Shown: positions 11,981-22,234 of the stretch, piece after piece
Layout of the letters: each line of letters starts with the position of its first letter
Position numbering within the stretch: position 1 is the first letter of the stretch
Assembly: GCA_051294375.1 (NCBI GenBank)
Contig: CM119265.1
Location: forward strand, 14,004,124-14,068,123
Length of the DNA: 64,000 nucleotides
Reading direction: 5' to 3'
From: Paraspadella gotoi
Lineage: Eukaryota > Animalia > Chaetognatha
The notes under the pieces: model-generated
Seen by the model: the letters and a program-made list of their open reading frames with translations, nothing else
Told to the model about the DNA's origin: nothing
Databases searched by the model: none
Program-made: the position numbers and the translations under genes

Positions 11981-14900
11981 CTAAAAAGTAAATTGCAAAA
12001 TTTCAATGCCAGCACCTACAACAATAAGATATCTTCTCTTCTTTATAGTCTCCATCGCAGTGGAAGCGATGTCAGGAACGTTTGAAAAGGCACTAATGCA
12101 AAACTCAACTTCATCAAGATTAGACTCATTCCTTACTAAGGACCAAACATTGATCCGTTGATCGATTCCCGCAGATAAGACATTATCAAGCGACTCAGAA
12201 CAAGACTGCACTGAGGTAACTTGAGAGGCGTGAGCTTTGGGAATTACTTTCTGACTCCACAGGCCATAATTTAAATCTTTGTTAAGTCTAGAGATGCAAA
12301 CGGAATTATCGTCTCCACCCGATATGATCAAAATAGAAGATAATTGTCGACCCAATGAAATTACGTCAATAGTGGAAAATCCCGATTGATGACAGTGAAA
12401 ACTTTGGATTAAATCGAGAGTTAAAATGGATTTCTTTGAGCCAGATGAATGATTTTCGCCACGTTCGACTTGGCTCTCTCGTGGGGCAAGCCTCCACACC
12501 CGAAGAAATCCGTCCGTTGATGAAGAAAACAAACAATTATCGCTATTTCCAAACCTAACAGTCAAAAAGCATTTTTGACATGAACTTATCGGATTTTTAG
12601 CCATCAAAGAAAGGCGTTTTTTAGAAATTTCGATTTCGAATACTTTTATAAGGCCATCGGAACACGCCGTAGCCAAAAGCAGTCCATCTTCACCAGTTGG
12701 TTTGAGGTCTAGAGACATGTACCTAATATCCATAGTCTGTGCTTCTTTATGACGTTTTTTGTGCGAGGTTCGTTCCTCGGCAAGGAGAGAAGCGAAAACA
12801 TTGAAGTCAGGTCCACTCTCATTGATGTCCAGCAACCAAACGCAGATCTGCCCACGACCTCCGCTAGAAACGAGGACAATATCGCGGGGTCTTTTGAAAA
12901 ACGTCATGTCTCGTACGCTGGATATGTGTCGCTTCAAGGTGCGAACAATTCTATGACTTGCTTTTTTAGAAGTCACATCGATTGAAACAGACCACAGAGA
13001 AACCGTGGTGTCTTCGCTTCCAGTCGCAACAAGCATACGATCCATCGAGGCTTCTTCGCTCATAAAACTTACCGAATGCAAAATGGCGACTGAGGTTATC
13101 TCCTTTCTGTGAAGAGCCTCGATCAAAACTTTGCCTCCATGATCATCATCGAACTCAGTTCTCTCGTAAAGCACGGCGTCCCCTTTCAACACTCCTACGA
13201 AGCGAGAACACTTCTCTCGTTTTACATAATCCCAAGACCTGTGGCCGCCGCCGCATTTAATCGTCCACCGACGTCTCCGCTCCTCCGGGTCCCACTCTAC
13301 AAACGTGTCGCCATGAAAACCGAGAACTACGTTGCGGCCGTCGCCGAAGCTTAGTCTCTCCAGCCAATCAAATCCTTTGCCGACTCTTTCACCGTTGGCA
13401 CAATCCAGAAGCCAGGAGTCCGCAGTCTGAATAATCCTCACGCTTCGACGAAACCCATCACGCCCAATCGTGTGGATGAGCGACGGTTCTTTGAGAGAAA
13501 CTGCAAGGCATGTCGTTCCCGCCTTGGAATGAACACGGTAAAGTGTGCTGATAGGATCACGTAAGTCGCTCCCAAAGAGATGAACGCTACCGTTCCGATC
13601 GCCACAGACGAGATGCATATGACGCCCGGGGGTGAGAAGCAGCAGACCGGTGGTGACCCAGCGCTGTTTAGAAGTTGGCAACGTGAACGTCGCTATAGTT
13701 TCGCAACATTTCATTTCGAAGTCAACGGTCAACAAGTAAAGCATACCGTCTTGGTAGGAAATCAGAACGTGACATTCGTCGGGTTCCTCGACTTCTTGGT
13801 CGTTGTCGTCCGGGTCGTCTCCGTTTTTGAGGGAAGACTCCATCTCGGAAGTTTTAAATTTCACCAAATTGAGAAAATGAATGGAATGAATTTTTTTGTT
13901 CGCCAGTTGAATCTCGAAATTCTCCGCGACGTCGCTATAGTCGGTGATTTGAAGAAACTTGAGGACTCCGTGAATATTTCCGATTGCGAATTGCCTCCTT
14001 CCATCAGTTGAGTCTCGTCGCCGACGCGCGGCCATAACCGAATAGGAAGCGAAGCGGACGTCGCTGAAGATTAAAACGGGAGACGGGTCGTCGAGATGGA
14101 AGGCGTAGACTTTTCCGCTCCCAGTCATCACGATAACTTCTTCCAGACAAGTAAACGCCACTGATTTAGCCGAATCTCCAAATTCTGAGTCACGAAACAA
14201 CACAATTTTTTCCGTATCTGATGAGGACTGCGGTGATTTGTTATCGTCGCAGCGGTCCGGCATGGTATTCTTTAACATTTCTACTTCGTAAACCGTGACG
14301 CCACCGTTGTTTCCACCAGAGAAGATGGAGCTACGACCTCGAGCGACGTTATGAGAAGCTTCAACGCATAACAGACTGGGTCCTCCTTCAACCTGAAACT
14401 TTTTCTCAATTCGATTCGTCGCCAAGTCCCATAAGAGAAGAGCAGCGTCTTCGCCGATGGACACCAACTTAGAACCAGCATTGAAAAAGGTGACGTCCCA
14501 AACTCGTGCCGAGTGACCGTAAAGTGTCGAAATTAGGACTGGGGTAACTTCTGACAGCGACGAAGACGTTAACGCCAAATCTGTTTTTTCGCCCTTTCGT
14601 CTAAATTTCCAAAGTCGAACGCTGCGATCGTCGGAAGCTGAAGCTAAAGTTTGAATTTCAGCCTCATATTGAAGAGCGAAGATTACTCCGTCGTGGCCTA
14701 AGGCAAACGAAAAGAAAAAAAAATATTTTTTTACCTGCCGAGACAGTAGGCAGTTACCACTTACAAATTAACATAATTTTTCTGTTTTTATTTGTTTATA
14801 CATTTAGGCAAAACAAATAGATAATTGTGGCGGTATATTCACACCGCCTCACGTCCACCATCGTTCAGCCAAATCCATTGGCTCAGAGGGGGAACACACC

Positions 14901-15803
14901 ATCCCAGGCGTAGTGTTCCATCCACAGTCCTAATGACTTCCCTCTGCGTTGGCAAAGCGAGACCGTCCTAGGGTAACCGCGCCAGTGACTGGAGGCGTCA
15001 CTGAGGGTCGGAAGCCCCCAAAGCCAACAGTGAGATGCCCCATCCCAATGGGCATCACAGGCGGCCCGGCTGTTGCCATATAATTAATATTTAGAAAAAG
15101 TATATAACCCGGTACGTGCTCCAAAGAACCTTATCCTGGCAGCACCTTTCAGTTCCAAGTAAGCGTCGTTCGTCGGCCCCCAAATTACGATGTGATTGAA
15201 GACTGTGCCGGCGGCGACGACGACTTGGCACCAGGCATCGCTGGTCACAATCGAAGCGCTGTATAGTATATGTTTCTTCGCGGCGTCCGCGACGTCCATC
15301 GTCTTCTTCGTAACGGTGTCGTAGCGTCGCAGTTGATTATGCGCAGTGACCAAAACAAGTTGAGGAGAGGAACCGAGAAAGGCAACTTCCCAAAGCCAAT
15401 CCGGCGCATCGACGATCTCGCGCAAAATCAAGCGAGCTTCTGCACCACCTCTTCTAAGAGCAGCTAAACGTAAACGCTTTTGTCCAAAAAATACGACGTC
15501 GTCGCAGTCGCCGACCGAGAAAGAGACGCGTGTTCGGACGCCGTGTATTCGACTGGCCGGAAGTACGTCACCCAGGGTGCAGATTCGCAGCCACGCGTCG
15601 ATGCGCGCATTTTCGGGGGCTGCCGCGGTAGAGAGAGGGTTCGAATTAAGGCAAAGACGAAACAAAATAACGGCAGGTCCTTGACAAGCAAACAAGTAAA
15701 AGCCTGACGAATCAAGTTTGACACAGGTTACCGCGCAAGATAAATGCACCGATTCAACCCTACCGATGGAGGGTAAATCGGAGTGATGTTCGGTCTCGGT
15801 CAT
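11981..15803 (-). CDS. WDR6: WD-repeat protein 6 (Trm734-like tRNA 2'-O-methylation cofactor), ~1124 aa; exons 15803-15146, 14697-11981
   Basis: ILYSA...VAAGTVFN, LKG|HDGVIF, SASDDRSVRLW, YGHSARVW, CGDRNGSVH, CGGGHRSW, ATGSEDT, SGGDDN. The donor at 15145 was chosen to restore the frame (KGH) and is the least certain boundary. Confidence 0.9.
14823..15079. other. GC-rich, multi-hairpin element inside the WDR6 intron (candidate structured ncRNA or retroelement 5' relic)
   Basis: At least seven short inverted-repeat pairs in ~255 bp of GC-rich DNA embedded in an AT-rich intron. Confidence 0.45.
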
Positions 15804-16254
15804 GGTCAAATCCCTTTTAAGCAGGCAATATCCCCAACATATCAATGCTGGACAAAAAAAGATGTTTAAAAAGGCACGGTTGGATCGCTGGAACATATCG
15901 GAAATAAGTAAAAAAGAGAAAAAAAGCAACCGATGCTTTTTGTGACATCGGTTTGTACAAGAACGTGAAATGAGTATGACAGGACCAAAGAAATCCAGGC
16001 AAAAATAGAAGTTTGCCTAATTTTTCTTAAAACTTAATAATCTATTGGAAGTATAAGTAGACAAATTATTTTGCTAATTGACATCATAGAAATGTTTAAG
16101 AGATACATTAGCTGACCTAACCCATGACCGGCTGGCCCAAAAATAACTTTTTCCCCTTAAAGTGGTAAAAGTTAACGATTTTAAAAGTGACTTCGGTAAA
16201 ATATGACTTTCGCCGACTACTTAAAATTAATAATTTTTAAAAAAAAATTTTACC

Positions 16255-16750
16255 TAATTACCCTAACCCTAAACCCCCTTAAAACTAATCACTAATGCGG
16301 AAAAAGGTACGTAAAAACTAAGAGTTCTGTGGGATAACGAAATTTTAAAAAAATTAAGATTTCCAAATTTTTGTTTTATCGGTTAAAATTAGCAAAAACT
16401 ATAAAAAATATGATATGATGATTTTTAATGGTTTATCCCTTATTTAACCCACTTATTATCGAAATATTAAAAAACATACTTTATGTAAATAATTTTTTAT
16501 ATGCTATTTAAAAAAAAAGTTTTTAAAAAAATTATTTTTATTACCTACGCATTGATAAATATTTAAATGCTTAAATATTATACTGTGCTTCACTAGTTAA
16601 AAAAGTGATAATAAATATTGATTAAGTATATGATGGACAAATAAATTTTATATTACAAAACTCCTAATGATAAAGAGTGATCAATTTTGGCCCGCCTTAC
16701 TAATTACCCCTAATCCTAAACCACCCTTAACCCTAAACCCCTCGTAACCC
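16255..16750 (+). repeat. Two short degenerate telomere-like CCCTAA tracts, probably part of a non-autonomous element
   Basis: taattaccctaaccctaaacccc (~16255-16280) and taattacccctaatcctaaaccacccttaaccctaaacccc (~16701-16741). Confidence 0.5.
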
Positions 16751-17939
16751 CAGTCTCTGAAAGTCAAATTATGTCTTCTAACCTATACTTCAGGTCGATT
16801 AGGACATAGGTACGTACATAGTATAAAATATTTTCTTCGTCTACGAAGAAAAACGAACAGGGTAAAAAAAAATGAAAGCAACAATTTAATCGGTAATAGA
16901 TTTTCATTATTTTGGTAACCATTGTTCTTTTATGAATGACACCAAAAACCCAGCAAGTTAATTTCAGGTTAGTGACCGATCATTTACACATCAAATTAAA
17001 TATAAATTTTCTTGAAAAATCTGCTTATTTCATAAAATATTCTTTACGTTCTCGAAGATAATTTAAAATAATTACACTTAATTACACCAGTAGTTTGATA
17101 TAAGTAAAATTTTTGGTTAAAATGACATGATGTATATATTGAATAGAAGAATAAAAGGTTTTATACGTATCATTCGTAAATAAGAGTCGGGTTAAAATCA
17201 AGTACAGGGACTTAAATCTGGACTGATACGAAAAAACTTGTAATATAATCGAAGTTAAAAGAATTTGGGTTGTAAAATTTTTTCATACTAATAAAAAAAT
17301 ACTTTTTTTTACCACCAATTGGTCACAATCTAGCTGGAATAGTTCCTATGTTATAAATATTTTCCTCGGAGGGTAAATTTCTGAAGAAACATTTTTTACT
17401 TTGAAAGTGGATCTTACTCTCAATCCTTCAGTTCCTATTAAAACAATTTTTTTTCATGCTTCATTTCTATGATTAATAAGTTACTGTAGTAAATGTATCA
17501 CGAACCAGAATAAAAAAGTTTATAACATAAATAATAATAATAAATCATGTTTTTTCTTTAAAATCTATTAAAAATAAAAATTTCAGCTTTTTTATAATAA
17601 ATCACCAAACTGCCTTTTTATCACAATTTTTAAATTTTTTTATGTCAGATAACTTCACAATTAGCGTTAATTCTTGTTAAAAACTTAAAATTTGGACAAA
17701 AAAAAGAAGAAAAGTTACTAAACGCTTGAGAGCCACTGTGATTATAATATTAAAAAATTTGAACATTTTTTTAGGTCAACATAAACGTCAAGTAGTTTTC
17801 TAACTAATAAATATTATAAAAAAAATATAAAGTGAAAGAATTACGAGTTTAATCAAATATTTTCGTATCGGTCCAGATGAAGGCCCTGTACTTACTGGAA
17901 TATCGAAACTCGTATAAAAATTAATTACTTTTGTACTTT

Positions 17940-20108
17940 TTATGCTCCCACGAAGTCTCGAATAATTGTTTCCATCTCGGGAGCGTGGACAAGCCACTTG
18001 TGACGATAACCAGCGCGGCCAGTGAATCCCACAAACTGGCGTCGAAACAGAGCACGGGATGACTTTGGAGCCGGCATAGTACCGACATCAGCTGGACCGT
18101 TCAATACTGGCTGGATATTATGGTCGACGGCGTCCCAAGTTGTTGCAACTGACTCACTCGAGGGCGTTTTGATGCCACGCAAAGCCATCGTAACTGCAAA
18201 CTTGCTCACGCCTTTAGAGATTTGTACACGCTCCTCACCATCTCGAATCTGATATTTTTTTTATAAAAATGATTATTCCACCAAAGGTATACGTAATATA
18301 TTAAGAATAAGTTATTATATTAAGTTTAAAAACGTTTTGTTTTTAAGGATATGTACAAGTTAAAATTTAAAAATGTTTCTTATATTTTTATAATTCACTA
18401 ATAAGAAATTCATAAAAATATCATAAGGATTGGTTTTTTCATTTGACCTGTAATTTTTTAGTTAGGTTTCTTTTATTTTATATTATATTAAAACCGATAA
18501 AAAATGGTATACAAATGCATCAAATGGTTAAAGTGTACATTTTCGGTAGCTCAGCTTATTGAATCTGTACTCCATTATGACCTATTTTTCAAGTAGATTT
18601 GAATGACCCTTTATCTTAAGAAATATATTTATATGCAATTTATGCATAGTCTGTTTGTCTCTGTTCTAAACTTACCTCAGAATTGTCCAACAGCTTTGAC
18701 GCCTCGTAAAGTCTTTCGCACAAATGATAAGGTATGACGTGATCATCGTCCGCGTGGAGAAACAATATCGGAGAGCGAATTCGACGCACGTGCAGATCAG
18801 ACCGAAAGTGAAGGTCGATGCGATCAAAAGCTCCCAAGAAAACAAAATCGAAGTAAGGCAGCCATCGGAAAGGTTTGGAAAATTTATGTTCCCGGACCTT
18901 TAAATGAATTTCGATAACCTCTGTTTACTTTTATAATAAATAAAAAAGCTCACTATCAAAATATTTCTAATTATATGAATGAGGTCTACAACAGATAAAA
19001 ATAGTTCAGAATACAGACTATTAAAATTGCACCTTATTTCATTCTTAATAGTTAACTATTTATTAACTAGTTAATACTACAAATATTGACTGTTATAGTT
19101 TGTCACAAGTCAAAATAGCTAGTTTATCAAATGAATGAATAGTTTTAAATTGGTTGTAACACTGAATTTCATGATAGTGTTTGACAGTTGCAATAAACAC
19201 ATAGCCCGTTCAACATGTCTTAGAAAATAATAATAAACAATTACGGACCTCGTCTTTGAGACTTGAGAAGGGAGATTCGAGGACAACGCCCTCAGGTTCC
19301 TTCAGTGTGGAATCGCCGGCGTCGATCTCGTCGAAAATCTTTCGGGTCACGTGACTAGCGACTCCAGTGCCAAGCGAGTGGCCCCACACGAAAATCTTAT
19401 TGGATCCGCAACGATCCACAATCCATTTGTAAACGATCTGAGCGTCATGAACGAGACCCCGCTCGCTGGGACTGCCAGTCGAATCCCCATAGCCGCGATA
19501 ATCGAAGGTGACGACGTTGTATCCCATGCCGGCCAAAAGCTGGTAAAGTTCAACCCTGTGCTGAGCAGCACGGTGGGCGCTGTTTCCATGAAGATACAGA
19601 ATGATTGGACGATCGCCAAAGGAGATTGTGCCGGCTGAGGACGCTTTAGTTTCGAGGAAGTTGTTTGAGGAGGTGTGATCAAGTTGCTTTGGTGGAATGT
19701 ACCAGACGCCCAGCGTCACTCCCGTTGATGAGCTCAGGTAAAAATTCCGAGCTCCTTCAAGACCGAACGATTTTTCAGGATCCTAATTTTTAAATGAAAT
19801 TAATACATATTACATAAATATATTGATACCAACATACGTAGATTAAGAGCAAATTGCCATAACGGAGAAAACTCGAAATATCGTCACCAATCACTAACTG
19901 TTATTGACAATAATATTGTGTTACTCACCTTGAAATTACAGAATCGCGCGGCGGGCCATCCCACCATATTGAGAAAAACAAGCACGGCGGGGATGGAAGG
20001 AAAACACAGAACCAATAATGGAATGATGACGTAGAAAAATACGCAAAATCCCGCCACGTATCGAGGCAAAGTGGTTGTAAGCAATCCATATAGCGTTCTT
20101 TTATTCAT
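17940..20108 (-). CDS. ABHD12: ABHD12 lysophosphatidylserine lipase (alpha/beta hydrolase), ~414 aa; exons 20108-19929, 19782-19249, 18897-18676, 18248-17940
   Basis: N-terminal hydrophobic anchor, YLHGN, FDYRGYGDS, WGHSLGTGV, LESPF, LHADDDHVIP, GYRHKW (catalytic Ser-Asp-His present). Confidence 0.93.
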
Positions 20109-20166
20109 AATTTGATTGTTCTCTTTATATTTAATTATACTTAAAATAAAACAAAAACGCAATAAT

Positions 20167-21247
20167 CTATTTATTCATGTAAATATCGTAGACGTTTATA
20201 TTTTTTTTCAAGATACTACCCGCATCGTCCATGATCAACACTGTCACGAATTGATCGAGATTGTTCAAACCTAACAACATGTCCCGACCAAGATCTAATG
20301 TGCTTCGACTAGTTTCGAATTCCCAGTGCTTCACGAGAAAACCGTTGGACCAAAACTGAACCAACCGGAATCCGATATCCGAGTCCCCAGTCGTAAAGCG
20401 TAACGAATCAGCGTCCAGCGCTATTCTTGAAATAGGTTTGGAGACAGAAGCATTCAACCAGGGATGCCTTTTCAGCACGGCGAACTGTTCGTCCAAAAAG
20501 ACAGCGGAGCTAAAGATTCGTCGAGGAACGAAGGTTTTAAGGTTGGGCAGACTGGGATAGTCTTTTAACAAAAATTTAAAAACGTCTAGGACATGTTCAA
20601 AATCTCGTCCCATTATTCCGCGGCTTGCGTGAGCCAAGTCGAAAGTGTGACACATTTCGTGCAGCATTGCCCCTAATTGTAGGGATAGCTTTTGTTTCGT
20701 CGTGGGGCAGTTTTTCTCCAATAAAGATTTTAACTGGCTCGCATTCTCAGGTAAAAATTCCACATTTGGATAAATCAACATTGCCAAGTCACCGGTGCCT
20801 TCGGCAATTATGGGTTCTGAGAGTAAAAAATACGTTTTCTTTTAATATCATTTGATAACCGTTTTACGATATTTAATTTTTATTGATATTACTAATACCA
20901 ACGTCAGTCGATTCCTGAAAACATCCGAGAGCCAACCATTTTTTATGCTTGTCGTTTTTAAAATCTTCTGCAATTTTAAGTGCACAATTTCTCCAAAATT
21001 TTTGTCGAGCAAATTTATCATTAACCTCCCAATCCCATCGCAGAACCTCTCTAACTGGGGCATCAATTAAACCTCTCGTGAAATCTGCGGAATCTGAAGA
21101 AAGTTTGAACGTTTTGGGGCCGAACCCGTGAGACGCCATGACCTCCATCAGAAAAAGTTGAGTGAGACGAACTAGGAATAAAAGCTTTTTTTCTGGGAGA
21201 TTTTGCTGGCGATTAAGCCGGAAAAGAACAACCTCAATAGTTTCCAT
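20167..21247 (-). CDS. Putative zinc metalloprotease (YIL108W/Metallopep-like), ~332 aa; exons 21247-20899, 20816-20167
   Basis: LGAMLHEMCHTFDLAH...GIMGRDF (HExxHxxxxxH plus a Met-turn-like GIM) and MASHGFGPKTFKL; the intron joins the two ORFs in frame. Confidence 0.8.
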
Positions 21248-21308
21248 CGCAAAAATTCTAATGACGAGTTTAAAAATTAAAAGTTAGTATTTTAAATAAA
21301 CAAAACAA

Positions 21309-22106
21309 TCAATCATTAATATGTAGTTTAATATGTTGTTTTAACAATGGTACTGTATTTAGTTTCTCATTGCATACGTGGCATTTAAGCTCGGTTTTTA
21401 ATAATCTCTCAAGTCTTTTATTACTCCAAGCAGCTACAAAACCTTTTTCCTGAAACTCCCCTTCAACGTCTTCGAAATCCCTGAAAAAATCCGTGGTGAA
21501 GGAATTCCAATGTTTCTTGTTTTTCAAAAAAACAGAGTTAAAATCTTGAGATATCAAATGAGCGTGAAGAGGCGGCATACTTGGCGACGCGTGAAAGCCA
21601 AAACGAAAACTCACTTTTGGATCCTGTTTTGACAATGTCCTTTTCAATTCGATACCATGTGACTTGATTCTTTCAAGCAAAATAGAATGTGACGGATCCG
21701 ATTTTTGCAACACGAGTAACGATCGAACCGAATGGTTTTTTGACAGAATTAAATAATGATGGCGGGCCTTAGGGAACTTGTCTTTGATTGTCACAGTCAA
21801 TTCGTCTTGCGATATAATAGACGAGTGATCCTTCATTGATGCAAAAAGGCCTTGGGACCAATGGGACGTAGCCGTTTTCCCGTTTTTTGCTTCATGATTT
21901 TCCTTGATATCGACCGCGAATGTTCTCGGGGTTTTTAGCGAAGGAGTTTCGTCTTCGCTGTCGGAGGAAGAAATGTCGGCCAAATTCCTCTTTAAGTAGG
22001 CCATTCGTAAGCTTTTGGTAATAGTGGTTGTACGGTTTGGCGCTAAAAACAAACGCGGCATAACGTCATTTAACAAACAGTCAATACTCAATAAACATCT
22101 AAACAT
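21309..22106 (-). CDS. APTX: Aprataxin (HIT domain + C2H2 zinc finger, no FHA domain), single exon; true start may be a downstream Met
   Basis: HWSQGL, IKDKFPKARHHYLIL, GFHASPSMPPLHAHLISQDF, KNKKHWNSFTT, LKCHVC...LKQH. Confidence 0.95.
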   Translation of the reverse strand: MFRCLLSIDCLLNDVMPRLFLAPNRTTTITKSLRMAYLKRNLADISSSDSEDETPSLKTPRTFAVDIKENHEAKNGKTATSHWSQGLFASMKDHSSIISQDELTVTIKDKFPKARHHYLILSKNHSVRSLLVLQKSDPSHSILLERIKSHGIELKRTLSKQDPKVSFRFGFHASPSMPPLHAHLISQDFNSVFLKNKKHWNSFTTDFFRDFEDVEGEFQEKGFVAAWSNKRLERLLKTELKCHVCNEKLNTVPLLKQHIKLHIND

Positions 22107-22234
22107 CTAAGAGTTATTATAAATAAAGCACTGAAAAGTAGCATTAATATACTAAGTCTTCAGATTCATTTATTATAATGATTAATACACATATTAATTA
22201 AATAAAACGAACTTCAGAACAAAAACTTCATGGT

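Noticed and set aside
14698-15145. Intronic telomerase RNA, RNase P/MRP RNA or SL RNA
   Set aside because: No 1.5-repeat telomere template, no GGAAGGUCUGAG or GAAAGUCCCC P4 motif with partner, and no leader-GT plus Sm-site layout that I could see.
16255-16750. True or interstitial telomere
   Set aside because: Only two or three imperfect CCCTAA units per tract, in the middle of a gene cluster.
17940-18209. 89-aa ORF as an independent small gene
   Set aside because: It is the last exon of ABHD12 (carries the GYRHK catalytic His motif and joins in frame).
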